Assembly (NCBI GenBank): GCA_037441705.1
Contig: JBBIRR010000004.1
Coordinates: 39,241-103,240, forward strand
Source of the DNA: Ignavibacteriales bacterium
GTDB taxonomy: Bacteria > Bacteroidota > Ignavibacteria > UBA10030 > UBA6906
Direction: 5' to 3'
DNA length: 64,000 nt
In this document: one piece after another, positions 1 to 11,400 of the stretch
How the letters are laid out: every line of letters starts with the position of its first letter
How positions within the stretch are numbered: the first letter of the stretch is position 1
Made by a program: the position numbers and the translations under genes
The notes under the pieces: generated by a model
The model's input: the letters and a program-made list of their open reading frames with translations, nothing else
Database searches by the model: none
Told to the model about the DNA's origin: nothing

Positions 1-618
1 TTCCTGAGTCGGCTTGCCTCACGATTTCCCGATTCGCTTCGCGTCAGCGGGAGAGTTCTCGTCAATCCGCCGGATGTGTACACCCCCTCGCTTGCGGGAG
101 TGGGAAGTGTCGGCAGCAGAAGCGCCATCAGCGGATCGGTGAGCGTGAGCGTTCCTCTGAACCTCGGTCTCACGAACGGGACTGTACGGGATACGCTCGT
201 CATCGGCGACACGCTGAACAATGGACAGAAAGGATTTACCTTCGACCAATCGACTCTCGATCAGTATAACCGGGGCAAAGTGTACATCGAGCTGGAGAAT
301 GGCTTGCCTGCCGAGCTTGCCGTGAAGGTATCGTTCCTCGGCACATCACGCGCTCACCTGATGACGCTGCCCCAGAACGACGTCCCCATTCGTCTCGCCG
401 GCGCGCAGGTAGATGCAAGCGGCAACGTTCTTGCACCGAGCCGATCCACGACGGTGTTAGACTTGAGCAGGCAGGAACTTGCCAACTACAATCCGGCGGA
501 GTATCTCGCCTACGCTGTTGGTTTGAATACGTCTTCGGGCGGATCAACCGTTCATTTCAAAACGGATAATTACGTCAAGATTCGTGTGTGGACACAACTC
601 TCGGGGAGGATCAGATAA
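1..618 (+). CDS. Hypothetical exported/lipoprotein-like protein, C-terminal part (probably begins upstream of the window)
   Basis: ORF 76..618 is beta-rich and its frame appears open towards the left edge; TAA 616-618 is 1 nt before the next ATG. Confidence 0.6.
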   Translation, partial: FLSRLASRFPDSLRVSGRVLVNPPDVYTPSLAGVGSVGSRSAISGSVSVSVPLNLGLTNGTVRDTLVIGDTLNNGQKGFTFDQSTLDQYNRGKVYIELENGLPAELAVKVSFLGTSRAHLMTLPQNDVPIRLAGAQVDASGNVLAPSRSTTVLDLSRQELANYNPAEYLAYAVGLNTSSGGSTVHFKTDNYVKIRVWTQLSGRIR

Positions 619-619
619 C

Positions 620-2002
620 ATGAGCACACGAATCGTCGGAATGTTCGTTGCGACTGTTTTCATCGCTCACACGGTGTTTGCCGGAGGCGATCGGGTTGAT
701 GTTCGTGGGATGGGGATGGCGCGGACGTCTGCGGCTGCGGCCCGAGGACTTGATGCCGTGGGCGTCAACCCTGCCAATCTTGCGATGAAAGATAACACAC
801 TAACGCTCAGCCTCGCGCCGATAGGCGTGCATGCGGGCAGTGATTTTCTTAGCTACGGACTCTACAACGAGTACTTCACCGGCGTTGAAACGGGAAACGG
901 TCGCGTCGGAAAATATTTGGATGAACCGGACAAGCAGAAAATTCTTGATGCCTTTCGCGGCGGCGTCGGTGAAGTGACGGCCGATGCAGCGTATCGTCTC
1001 GTCGGCCTCACGGTGCAGCTCGAGTCGGTGGGCGGATTCGCCTTTACGATCACGGACAATCTCTCGGGCATTGCGAGAATCCCCAACGACTACGTCCGCT
1101 TCATTCTGTACGGCAACACACCAGGCTCTGTATACGATTTTGGGAGAACGAGTGCGAAGGCTGCATGGCTGAGAGAGTACGCGCTTTCGTTCGGCGGAAC
1201 GATTCCTCATCCTTCCTTCATGCAGTGGCTGTCGCTGGGTGCGGCGATCAAGTTGGTGGAAGGATACGGTTACTATGAGGTGGAACGCTTCAATACATCG
1301 CTGACCACATCGGACAACGGCGTCTTGATCGGGCGCGTGGGATATCTGGCTCGTCTTGCGGGGCTTGACCCGACGCGCGAGGGGAACGGGTTCTCGTGGT
1401 CGCCGTTCGGTCAGCGGGCATACGGACATGGAACAGGTTTCGATATCGGCGTTGCGGGGGGCATTGGCGGCTTCATCACTGTCGGCATGAGCATGACGGA
1501 TATTGGTCAGGTGAACTGGGAGGAGAGCATCGAGGAGACTTACGCGGATACCACGCTTGTGGTGGATGACCCGCGCGAGGTTGAAGATGGGACGATCATC
1601 GAGAACGCGTTGCGGGGGAAGAAACGCGCGGGCACGCCGTTCTCGAGATCGCTGCCCACAACGTTTCGGGCAGGCGCTGCTGTGCAGGTAGAGAAGTTGG
1701 TGGATTGGATGCCGGGTGAGCTGGTGGTTGCTGCCGACTACACCAAAGGCCTTGCTGATGCCCCCGGCACAACGCTGTACGCGCGATTTTCTCTCGGCAT
1801 GGAGTGGAAGCTCCTGCAATTCCTGCCGCTGCGCACGGGCGTCTCGTTTGGCGGTACCGATCGCACGAATGTCGCCTTCGGCTTCGGATTGCACTTCGGT
1901 GTGTTTGATCTCGACCTCGCAACGGAAAACCTCGACCTTCTCTGGGGAGGCGACAGCGTGACGCACGGTTCAGTCGCCATCGGGACGCGATTCAGATTCT
2001 GA
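620..2002 (+). CDS. Outer-membrane beta-barrel protein, DUF5723/FadL-TraF-like
   Basis: ATG 620; signal peptide MSTRIVGMFVATVFIAHTVFA; N-terminal RGMGMA...NPANLA motif; C-terminal FRF. Confidence 0.75.
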   Translation: MSTRIVGMFVATVFIAHTVFAGGDRVDVRGMGMARTSAAAARGLDAVGVNPANLAMKDNTLTLSLAPIGVHAGSDFLSYGLYNEYFTGVETGNGRVGKYLDEPDKQKILDAFRGGVGEVTADAAYRLVGLTVQLESVGGFAFTITDNLSGIARIPNDYVRFILYGNTPGSVYDFGRTSAKAAWLREYALSFGGTIPHPSFMQWLSLGAAIKLVEGYGYYEVERFNTSLTTSDNGVLIGRVGYLARLAGLDPTREGNGFSWSPFGQRAYGHGTGFDIGVAGGIGGFITVGMSMTDIGQVNWEESIEETYADTTLVVDDPREVEDGTIIENALRGKKRAGTPFSRSLPTTFRAGAAVQVEKLVDWMPGELVVAADYTKGLADAPGTTLYARFSLGMEWKLLQFLPLRTGVSFGGTDRTNVAFGFGLHFGVFDLDLATENLDLLWGGDSVTHGSVAIGTRFRF

Positions 2003-2024
2003 TCCTTAGTGGGAGTGATAGAGA

Positions 2025-2060
2025 GAGCGCCCCGGCGCTGTCGTCGGGGCGTTCGTCGTT
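2025..2060 (+). terminator. Possible intrinsic terminator
   Basis: Hairpin GAGCGCCCCGGCG-ctgt-CGTCGGGGCGTTC with a weak U-tract. Confidence 0.4.
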
Positions 2061-2155
2061 TGTGCAAGACGCACACATTGATTTTCCTCCAAATTCATTT
2101 ATATTGCATCCAACCATTCAGCTTTGCCCATCATATCGTCCTGACGCATCTTGCG

Positions 2156-4396
2156 ATGAAGACTACTGCTCCTCTCGATGACGTCTATCGGGTAATTCAC
2201 AATGACCACCACGATCCGTTCCAGGTTCTCGGGATGCATCCGATGACACTCAATGGCAAGCAGTGCGTCGTCGTTCGTGCATTTATTCCCGACGCGGAGT
2301 CGCTCACGGTCATCGAGGTTCCGCCCCCAACAAGCTCAGAGACACAAACAACCGCACAGACGCAGAAGCTGCGCGAATACGCGATGGAGAAGATTCACCC
2401 CGACGGGTTTTTCGAGTGTGTGATCAAGACCCGCAAGAACGTCTTTCCCTATCAGCTCAAGAAGGTAACTGTGCAGGGCGAGATTGCAGTCTTCCACGAC
2501 TCCTACTCGTTCATGCCCACCCTGACGGATTTCGACATCTACCTTTTCAATGCGGGAGACCATCATCGGATTTATGAAAAGCTGGGCGCGCATTATGCGG
2601 AAGTCAATGGCGTGGGCGGCGTGCAGTTTGCCGTATGGGCTCCGGCCGCACGCAGCGTCAGCGTTATCGGCGACTTCAATCGTTGGGATAGACGTTTTCA
2701 CGCCATGCGTGTGTTGGGATCATCGGGCATCTGGGAGATTTTCATACCGGGACTGCCCGAAGGAACGCTCTATAAGTATCACGTGAAGACACAGCAGGGG
2801 TTTGTTCTTGACAAGACCGATCCGTATGGGACGGAAATGGAACTGCGCCCACGAACAGCAGCGCGGGTCAATTTCCTCCAAGGTCATCAATGGCACGATC
2901 AGGAGTGGATGGAGCGCCGCGCCAAGGAGGATCAACTCGGCAAGCCGATGGCCATTTATGAAGTGCATTTAGGCTCATGGAAATTGAAGGAGGGCGGAAG
3001 GTGGATGTCATATCGAGAGTTGGCCGAAGAGCTTGTGCGCTACGTAAGGGAAGCCGGCTACACGCATATCGAACTGATGCCGATCATGGAACATCCTTAC
3101 GATGGTTCGTGGGGCTATCAGGTGACGGGATATTACGCACCGACGAGCCGCTTCGGTTCGCCGCAGGACTTTATGTACTTCGTCGACTACTGCCACCAGA
3201 ATGACATTGGCGTCATTCTCGACTGGGTGCCTGCGCATTTTCCCAAGGACATTCACGCCCTGGGCTTGTTCGACGGCACGCATGTGTACGAGCACGCCGA
3301 CCCGCGCAAGGGCGAACACGTGGATTGGGGGACGTACATCTTCAACTATGGCCGCAATGAAGTGAAGAATTTCCTCGTCGGAAACTCGCTGTTCTGGCTC
3401 GAGAAGTATCACGTTGACGGTCTCCGCATCGACGCGGTTGCCTCGATGCTTTATCTCGACTACTCCCGCAAAGAAGGTGAATGGATTCCCAACCGCTATG
3501 GCGGCAGAGAGAATCTCGAAGCGATCGAATTCATCAAACACATGAATGCCGTAGTGCATCAATACTATCCCGGCGTTCTCATGATCGCGGAGGAGTCAAC
3601 CGCCTGGCCCGGTGTCACGCACGCGCTGGAACACAACGGCCTGGGCTTCGATCTGAAATGGAATATGGGCTGGATGCACGATATGCTGGAGTATTTCTCC
3701 AAAGATCCCATTTACCGCCGGTACCATCACGACAAGCTTACCTTTGCTGCGTGGTATGCCTGGAGCGAGCGGTTTCTCCTGCCGCTCTCCCACGATGAAG
3801 TCGTGCACGGCAAGCGTTCGCTGTTGGACAAGATGCCGGGGGACGTCTGGCAGAAGTTTGCCAACCTGCGCGCGCTGTACGCGCTGATGTATGCCTTTCC
3901 CGGCAAGAAGCTGCTGTTCATGGGGGGTGAGTTTGCGCAGTGGACAGAGTGGAACTTCGAGCGCAGTCTCGACTGGGCGCTGCTTGACTATGAGTACCAT
4001 CGCGGCGTCTTCAAACTTGTTCAGGATTTGAACGCCCTCTACAAAACTCAGGCTGCTCTCCACGCTGTGGACTTTTCCCATGAAGGATTCGAGTGGATTG
4101 ATTTTTCCGACCACGCGAGCAGCATCGTTTCGTTTGAACGCAAAGCAGGCGAGGGCAGTGAAATCGTCATTGCCGTCTTCAACTTTACTCCCGTACCGCG
4201 CTATGGGTATCGCATCGGCGTGCGGCACGAGGGCGTGTACGCTGAGTTACTGAACACCGATGCCCTTGTGTACGGAGGAAGCAACGTCGGTAATGCAGGC
4301 GAGGTTCATGCCGATGCAGTTCCGTGCCACAATCGAAACTATTCGCTTTCGCTGACGCTTCCGCCGTTGGGAGCGTTGTTCCTGAAACGAAGATAG
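2156..4396 (+). CDS. glgB: 1,4-alpha-glucan branching enzyme
   Basis: GH13 motifs [52 protein letters not shown]. Confidence 0.96.
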   Translation: MKTTAPLDDVYRVIHNDHHDPFQVLGMHPMTLNGKQCVVVRAFIPDAESLTVIEVPPPTSSETQTTAQTQKLREYAMEKIHPDGFFECVIKTRKNVFPYQLKKVTVQGEIAVFHDSYSFMPTLTDFDIYLFNAGDHHRIYEKLGAHYAEVNGVGGVQFAVWAPAARSVSVIGDFNRWDRRFHAMRVLGSSGIWEIFIPGLPEGTLYKYHVKTQQGFVLDKTDPYGTEMELRPRTAARVNFLQGHQWHDQEWMERRAKEDQLGKPMAIYEVHLGSWKLKEGGRWMSYRELAEELVRYVREAGYTHIELMPIMEHPYDGSWGYQVTGYYAPTSRFGSPQDFMYFVDYCHQNDIGVILDWVPAHFPKDIHALGLFDGTHVYEHADPRKGEHVDWGTYIFNYGRNEVKNFLVGNSLFWLEKYHVDGLRIDAVASMLYLDYSRKEGEWIPNRYGGRENLEAIEFIKHMNAVVHQYYPGVLMIAEESTAWPGVTHALEHNGLGFDLKWNMGWMHDMLEYFSKDPIYRRYHHDKLTFAAWYAWSERFLLPLSHDEVVHGKRSLLDKMPGDVWQKFANLRALYALMYAFPGKKLLFMGGEFAQWTEWNFERSLDWALLDYEYHRGVFKLVQDLNALYKTQAALHAVDFSHEGFEWIDFSDHASSIVSFERKAGEGSEIVIAVFNFTPVPRYGYRIGVRHEGVYAELLNTDALVYGGSNVGNAGEVHADAVPCHNRNYSLSLTLPPLGALFLKRR

Positions 4397-4427
4397 ACTC
4401 TCGGTCGTTCGCAGTAAGGAGTTCGCT

Positions 4428-5336
4428 ATGAAAATTGTTCTTGCCGGAGGCAGTGGATTCATCGGAAGGGGGATCGTGGAAAAGTTCGCGCGGGAGGCAC
4501 ACGGCATCGTGCTTTTGACACGACAGGCTGCACGCGAGCATCCCGAATGGCCCGCCGTGCGATCCGTCCGGTGGGACGCGCGCACGGTCGGCGCGTGGGC
4601 GGCGGAGATCGAGGGCGCCGATGCGGTGCTGAATTTCGCCGGCGAGCCTCTCGACGCGAAACGGTGGACTGCGAAGCAAAAGAAAGTGATTGTATCCAGC
4701 CGGGTCGAGGCGACCCGTGCGCTTGTTGAAGCAATACGTCAGGCGCAGAAGAGACCGCCCGTTCTGGTCAACGCATCGGCTGTCGGCTATTATGGACACG
4801 TCGAGCATGATGAAGTGACGGAGGATCGCGGGCGCGGCGGCGATTTTCTCGCACAGGTCGTGTCGGAATGGGAAAGCGAAGCCGAGAACGCGTCCCAGTT
4901 TGGCGTGCGCGTGGTGTGCCTGCGCATGGGCGTTGTGCTCGCGCGGAACGGCGGCGCGCTCAGGAAGATGGCCTTGCCCTTCAAGTTCTTTGTCGGAGGA
5001 TACCTCGGCACCGGGCGGCAGTGGTTCCCGTGGGTCCATCGCGCCGATGTGGCAAACGCCGTTGACTTTGTAGTGCGAAATCCATCGCTGCGCGGCGCGG
5101 TAAACGTCGTTGCCCCCGAAGCGGTAACGATGAAACAGTTTTGTGATGTGCTCGGAAAGGTGATGGGCCGACCCTCATGGGCACCGGTGCCGGGCGTTGT
5201 GCTCAAGGTAGTGCTGGGCGAGATGGCCGACATGCTGCTGACAGGCCAGCGCGTCGTTCCTGCCAAACTCGACCGTCATGGATACAGGTTTCTTTTCCCA
5301 AAATTAGATGATGCGTTGCGGGATATTTTTTCGTAG
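4428..5336 (+). CDS. TIGR01777-family NAD-dependent epimerase/oxidoreductase
   Basis: GGSGFIG Rossmann motif, NASAVGYYG, G.G.QWFPWVH; RBS TAAGGAG. Confidence 0.9.
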   Translation: MKIVLAGGSGFIGRGIVEKFAREAHGIVLLTRQAAREHPEWPAVRSVRWDARTVGAWAAEIEGADAVLNFAGEPLDAKRWTAKQKKVIVSSRVEATRALVEAIRQAQKRPPVLVNASAVGYYGHVEHDEVTEDRGRGGDFLAQVVSEWESEAENASQFGVRVVCLRMGVVLARNGGALRKMALPFKFFVGGYLGTGRQWFPWVHRADVANAVDFVVRNPSLRGAVNVVAPEAVTMKQFCDVLGKVMGRPSWAPVPGVVLKVVLGEMADMLLTGQRVVPAKLDRHGYRFLFPKLDDALRDIFS

Positions 5337-5400
5337 ATTCATTCCCGACTTCCTCCGAAGCCTGGAAGCCCCCCATTGTTGAATTAACCAAAACGTTCGT

Positions 5401-6258
5401 ATGAGCCGTCTCAAGCTTGCTCTGCTCGTGGTCTTGTCCGCGGCCTCGATTGGCGGTGCAGGCTACATGCTTGGGTACGAGGGCATTCTCTTCGCATTTC
5501 TCCTCTGGCTTGTGCTTGTGGTCGGATTGGTGTGGATTGCAGATAAGTTTGTGCTGAAGCTGTGCAATGCCGAGCTGCTGACGGTGTATCACAGTCCGAT
5601 GATTTTCGAGGCGGTGAAGGAGGTGAGCACGCGGGCCGGGCTGCCGATGCCGGCAGTGTACATGATGCCGGGCGATGCACCCAATCTGTTCTCGGTGGGA
5701 CGCAGCCAACGGCACGCGGGCGTTGTGGTTACCGAAGGGATTCTCAATGCAATGAATGCAGAGGAGTTCAGAAGCGCGATTGCGCATGAGATGGTGCACA
5801 TCTTTCGCAACGACACGCTGCTTGCCTCGCTTGCCGCCACCCTCGCAGGCTTCCTCGGCATGGGTTCGCGCCGGGCACGCCTTGCCGCTTCTGTCCCTTC
5901 CAACGGCAAGAAGAGTCTGTTTGCCTTCCCGGGCATCCTCATCTTCACTGCGCCCGTTGCTGCTCTCATTATTCAATCACTTGTCTCCCCACGAAGGGAA
6001 TTGCGAGCAGATCTTCTTGGCGCAAAACTCATGGGGAACCCCTCGGCAATGGCAAGCGCCATTCGCATCATGGAAAAGAGAAAGCATGCGGTACCGCTTT
6101 CAGTCGCGCCCGCGGTGTCGCACCTGTTCATGGTCAATCCTCTTCCTCACGGACGGGCAGCGCGTATGTTCTCTGTGCACCCGCCGCTGGCGGATCGAGT
6201 TCGAGTGCTTGAAGAGTTGCAGAAGAAATTAGACGCCAATGTACCTACAGCAGCGTAG
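5401..6258 (+). CDS. htpX: M48 zinc metalloprotease HtpX-like
   Basis: TM segments, HEMVH (HExxH), RELRAD, FSVHPP. Confidence 0.8.
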   Translation: MSRLKLALLVVLSAASIGGAGYMLGYEGILFAFLLWLVLVVGLVWIADKFVLKLCNAELLTVYHSPMIFEAVKEVSTRAGLPMPAVYMMPGDAPNLFSVGRSQRHAGVVVTEGILNAMNAEEFRSAIAHEMVHIFRNDTLLASLAATLAGFLGMGSRRARLAASVPSNGKKSLFAFPGILIFTAPVAALIIQSLVSPRRELRADLLGAKLMGNPSAMASAIRIMEKRKHAVPLSVAPAVSHLFMVNPLPHGRAARMFSVHPPLADRVRVLEELQKKLDANVPTAA

Positions 6259-6259
6259 A

Positions 6260-8392
6260 ATGAGCATGAGGATAGCGCAACGTGCAGCGGTGTTTTGTGT
6301 TGCTGTCATTGTGGTGATGGCGGAAGGACACGCACGCGACACAAACACCCGCATTCCCCCCATCATCTTCGTCTCCCGCAACGCTATCGCCGAAGCGCAG
6401 CCGGGCAGCCTTCCCGGCTTCGGACCTGAACATCGCACAGCCGTCGTCGGCGGAAAGCTGATGATGCGGGAGCGTACCGGCAAGCTGCGTGTGCTGGTGG
6501 ACTCAACGAGGCTGATCGATGTAGCCGACCCGTGTGTCTCGTGGGACGGCAGGCGCGTGCTGTTTTCCGGCATTCAGCACCCGGACAGCAACTGGCGGAT
6601 TTTTGAAATCGGTGTGGATGGAAAAAAATTCCGACAGCTCACCTTTTCGGACCGAGCCCTTGACCTCAGCCAATTCGGTGCGGCGGCGCCGCGGTTTCGT
6701 CGCTACGACGACTTCGATCCCTGTTATCTTCCTGATGGAAAGATCGCCTTTGCCAGCACACGCTATCCCTCGCTTGCGATGGTGGCGCCCGTTCGGACGA
6801 GCAACATCTACGTGATGGACGCCGATGGCCGCAACCTTCGCCGCATCACCAGTGAGCGCAACGGCGGCGAAGAGCCGACCGTTGATCCGGTGACGGGACG
6901 GATTGTGTACGCGCGTTGGTGGGCCAACGTTGATCGTCCGAGCAACCTCACGCGCAACAATCTCTCCCGTGAAGACGCCACGGCACTCACCAACGACATC
7001 GGCAACATCTGGCACGCGGTGGCAATCAATCCCGATGGTGATGCGCTGAAGCTCTATGCGGGATTTGCGCGCACGCGCTACGGCACGCAAACCTACAAGC
7101 CCGCCGTGATGAGCAACGGCCGGCTTCTCAGCACATTCTCTCCGAGAACCGCGCTTGTGCCGTCGGGCGGTGGTTCGGGGATCCGATGGTTCAATCCGGG
7201 TGCCGACTACGAGCGTCACATCATCGGCGTGCGTTCGGATGAATCTCTGCGCGCGCAGCCGTTTGCTTCTCCTCCGTATGCTTCTGATCCCGTCGAGTTA
7301 GATGCACGCACCATTCTCTTTGCCTACTCCGGCGACGGAAAAGACTACGGTATCTACGTCTGTTCGCTCGACGGAAAAAACCTTCGGGCGGTGATTGATT
7401 TGCCGGGGACGTTAGAACTTGAGCCGCAGGTCGTCGCTGTCAGGAAGCGTCCACCGGTTGTGGTCGAACAGTTCGTCACGCCCGTGTCCGATCTTCCGCC
7501 GACGGAGGACCCGGAGACATACGCGCGCAACGATTTCTTCCGCTTCGATTGCATGAACATCTTCATTAACGGCAAGGTTGATGAGCCGATGCCCGATGCG
7601 CCCCGCATTGCTCAGGACCTCACCATTCAGTTCTTCATGAATCCGCAGCGTCAGAGCACCGACCGGCCGGATCCTTCTATTCTCCTCAAGACGGCTCCTG
7701 TGTTCTACATGGGCGCTGTGCACGAACATGATGTACCTGCAGAGGTGCCGCTGTTCGAGCAAATCATAGACAAGGATGGAAAGGTGTTGGAGACAACGGA
7801 CGGAAAGTTTGCCCACGTCGCCGGGTTCAACTTCGAGCGTGTCGGCTCGGGAACCAAATGCGCGGGATGCCACATAGGTCACTCGATGCTCGAAGTTCCT
7901 AAGAACGGCGAGATTGCCGAGTGGTTCAACGCCGCTCCTTCGGCCGCTGTGACGGCAAGCTCAGCACTCGGCAGCGGGAATGATAAATTGTTTGCCGCCC
8001 GCAACGTTGTTGATCGCCAGGCTCGCGTGGGCGGTGATGCGGTCGTCTGGGCTGCAGCAGAAGAAAAGGAGCCTTGGGTGGAATTGCGTTGGCACATTCC
8101 CATTGAAGTCCGCGAGTTCGTTCTGTACAACATTCCTCACCGTCCGAGCGAAGGAACGGCGCTGAACGTGCATAATTGCAAAATTTTGTTATATTATCAC
8201 GGCACTGAAATCGCCGCTATCCCTGTGGTTGGTCCACTGAAAACGAGCGGAACAGCGATTTCCGTTCGCCCCACCAAAATCGACGCCGCTAGGATTACGA
8301 TTACGAAGTTCTTTGGAAACATAAGGCACCGCCCCGTCGCGGGTCTTGCTGAAGTTGAGACCATAGCACGACTCTTGCCGATCTCACCATAA
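6260..8392 (+). CDS. Exported HzsA-related protein: TolB/PD40-like beta-propeller, HZS-alpha-like middle domain with CxxCH, C-terminal discoidin-like domain
   Basis: Signal peptide; DPCVSWDG, DDFDPCYLPDGKIAFASTR, IYVMDADG repeats; VPAEVPLFEQIIDKDG...KCAGCH; C-terminal VTASS...NVVD...W...PWVEL. Confidence 0.7.
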   Translation: MSMRIAQRAAVFCVAVIVVMAEGHARDTNTRIPPIIFVSRNAIAEAQPGSLPGFGPEHRTAVVGGKLMMRERTGKLRVLVDSTRLIDVADPCVSWDGRRVLFSGIQHPDSNWRIFEIGVDGKKFRQLTFSDRALDLSQFGAAAPRFRRYDDFDPCYLPDGKIAFASTRYPSLAMVAPVRTSNIYVMDADGRNLRRITSERNGGEEPTVDPVTGRIVYARWWANVDRPSNLTRNNLSREDATALTNDIGNIWHAVAINPDGDALKLYAGFARTRYGTQTYKPAVMSNGRLLSTFSPRTALVPSGGGSGIRWFNPGADYERHIIGVRSDESLRAQPFASPPYASDPVELDARTILFAYSGDGKDYGIYVCSLDGKNLRAVIDLPGTLELEPQVVAVRKRPPVVVEQFVTPVSDLPPTEDPETYARNDFFRFDCMNIFINGKVDEPMPDAPRIAQDLTIQFFMNPQRQSTDRPDPSILLKTAPVFYMGAVHEHDVPAEVPLFEQIIDKDGKVLETTDGKFAHVAGFNFERVGSGTKCAGCHIGHSMLEVPKNGEIAEWFNAAPSAAVTASSALGSGNDKLFAARNVVDRQARVGGDAVVWAAAEEKEPWVELRWHIPIEVREFVLYNIPHRPSEGTALNVHNCKILLYYHGTEIAAIPVVGPLKTSGTAISVRPTKIDAARITITKFFGNIRHRPVAGLAEVETIARLLPISP

Positions 8393-8415
8393 TTCATTCT
8401 ACATAGAGGAGTACA

Positions 8416-11400
8416 ATGAACAAACCCCTTCTGGTTTGCCTGGCGGTATTGTTTGCCCTGACCCAAACGAAGGCAGACGGTTTCTACAGTGTCCATTCGG
8501 CTGATGGTAATGCAGTGTGGGCGGTAGGCAACGGCGGCACGGTGTTTCGTTCGCTCGATGGTGGCGTCACCTGGATGTCCATGGTGCAAGGCAGTTCCGC
8601 CTTCCGCAGCGTCTATGCTTTTGGCAACACGGTCTGGATGGTTGGAGATGAAGGAAAGGTCTACGCGTCGACCGACGGCGGAGCGACCTTCGATCAGAAG
8701 AATCTCGTGGGCACTACGAATCTGATGCGCGTGCTTTTTGTTGATAGCCTTACGGGATGGATCGCAGGCGCAAGCGGCACCCTGCTGAAGACGACCGATG
8801 GCGGGACGCTGTGGTCTCCGGTCTCGCTTGGGACGTCGGAAACGATCACGTCGCTGGTCTTTGTCGACGCGCTCACCGGTTACCTGGGCGGCACGAACGG
8901 CCTGATGATGAAAACGGTGAACGGAGGAACGAGCTGGACGAGTGTCGGCGGTTCGGGTTGGACGAAGACGATTACCGCAATTGCAGCAAGCGGAACAACG
9001 GTGTACGTGACGGGCAAGGACGCCTTCTGCATGAAGAGTAACGACGCAGGCTCGACGTGGCTGCCGCTGAACTTCATGACCGATGCACAGTCCGATGTGA
9101 ATGATGTTTTTGTGAGAAATGCGACGGAGGCGTTCTTCGTCGGCGGAGGCGGCTACATCCGGCAAACCACGAGCGGCGGCGCGTCGTTCGACTGGCGGCG
9201 CCACGGCTTGCATTCTCCTCTGAACGATATTTTCTTCTTCAACAATCAGAAGGGATGGGCATGCGGCGAAAAGACCAACGTCGTTCTCCGCACAACCGAC
9301 GGCGGTACAACGTGGCTCATGCCTCAAGGCACAACCACATCGGCGGTCTGGGTGCAGAAACTTTCCGTCTCCGCAACGGTGCGGGGCAATGCCTTCAGCA
9401 TCAGCGCGTTCAACAAAAACACCATCTACTGCGCGCTGGGAACCAGAGTGTACGTAAGCTACAATCGCGGCGAAACATGGACACAGATTGCCACGATGCC
9501 TTCAGGCGGAACGAAGGTCAATTCGTTTTATGTCTCTCCGAAAGACACCAACCTCTGGGTTGCAGCGTACGGCGCGCCCGATAGAATTGTTCGATCCACC
9601 GACCGCGGTGTCTCGTGGACGGTGACGATGACGCGGGATTTTTCCGAGTACGGCATGCCGCTGGAAATGGATGGCTCGCATCCTGATACGCTCTACTTCG
9701 GTCCTGAGGACGGACGCTTCTATCGTTCGACAGATTTTGGGTCCACGTGGACAGAGGTGAGTGTGCCGGGCTTCCGCAGTCCGTGCGACATTGTTGTTGT
9801 GCGCGATAAGCCTGAAGTCATCTGGGTGGGCGACGGCGTGACGGGAAGCGGTCAAGGACAGATGTTTCGATCGGGCGATGGCGGCCGCACCTTCCAGCTC
9901 ATCTACTCCACAACCGGTTCGGAGATTCCGACGGTCGCCGGCAGCTCGCTCGACAATACGCTCGGCTACGCGACCGCATGGGGTTCCGGCGGAGTGACCA
10001 AAACGGTGGACTTCGGTCTCTCGTGGTCTTCGGTGGCCTCGACCTCGTCAACGTGGGGGGTGGATATTGCCAAGGATGATCCGAATGTGGTGATGTACGG
10101 TGTGTACGGCGGCGCGACGTCGTACCTTTCCTCGAACGCTGGCGCGACGTTTTCGACCTCCTCTCTCTCAGGCTCGAACTACGCCATTCTCGCATACGAC
10201 CGCGGGACGTTTCTCGCGCAGCAAAGCGGTGGAATCTATAAATACACCTTCACCTACACGGTTCCGACGTCATCGCAGCAAGCGCTGAATCTTACCTCTC
10301 CCAATGGAGGAGAGAACTGGTCGTACGGCACAACGCGCAACATCACCTGGACTGCCACGAACGTCGCGAACGTGAAGATCGAATACAAGACTTCGCCAAC
10401 GGCAGCGTGGCAAACGATCATTGCCAGCACGCCTGGGTCGACCGGTTCATATGCCTGGTCTATCCCGAACAGCCCCACGACGAGATCGGAAGAGCAGATC
10501 TCGGATGCCAGTGACGCCAATCCGATCGACAGCAGCGATAATCCGTTCACGATTTCTGTTGCGGCTTTTTCGGCGCAGCCCAATCCGGTGAACTTCGGCA
10601 ATGTTCCTGTGGGTACCCGCGCCAGCCGTACCGTGACCATCTCCAATGCGGGAACGGCTGCACTGGTTGTCACAAGTGTTGTTGCAAGCGATCCGACATT
10701 TGCCGTGAGCAGGAGTTCCTTTACGATTCCGGCAGGCCAGTCGGACACCATCCAACTGCATTTTTCTCCCACCATTGTTGGCAGCATCAGCGGTGAAATG
10801 CAGTTCCATTGCAACGTGCCCGGAAGCCCGATGATCATCAGCGTTTCCGGCAGCGGCACCACGGCGGCAAGTATTTCCGTGATCACGCCGAACGGCGGCG
10901 AAATGTGGCGTGCCGGAACAACAGAAACTATTTCATGGAGCGCGACGGCTCTGACCACCGTAGCCATCTCATACAAGACTTCGCCGACGGCATCGTGGCA
11001 GAACATCGCTCAGGGCGTGCCTGCCTCGTCAGGTTCATACGCATGGCTTGTCCCGAACTCTCCCACGACGCAGGCGCGTGTCATGATCACGGACGAACCG
11101 AGCGGCACGGTGGTGGATTCGAGCGACGCGTTCTTCGCGATTCTCGGTCCCACCTCCGTGACGGAGGGAGGAATTCCGACCAGCTTCGAGTTGAGTCAGA
11201 ACTATCCCAATCCCTTCAATCCCTCGACCGTCATTGCGTATGGTTTGCCGAAAGACGTCATGGTCAGTCTGAAGGTGTATAACATGATCGGTCAGGAGAT
11301 TGCAACGCTTGTGAACGAGCGTCAGCCGGCGGGCCGATACGCCGTTTCGTTCAACACGCAGACGCTGGGGTTCAATCTGTCGAGCGGCATGTACTTCTAT

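Noticed and set aside
800-1966. Long antisense ORFs (also 8197..9327, 12554..13618, 36730..38058, 41206..42414, 52193..53245, 56830..57774)
   Set aside because: They shadow well-supported genes on the opposite strand and lack motifs; this is expected in GC-rich DNA
6260-8392. Anammox capability inferred from the HzsA-like gene
   Set aside because: No hzsB/hzsC or hao-like genes are adjacent, there is only one CxxCH, and the background is not planctomycete-like
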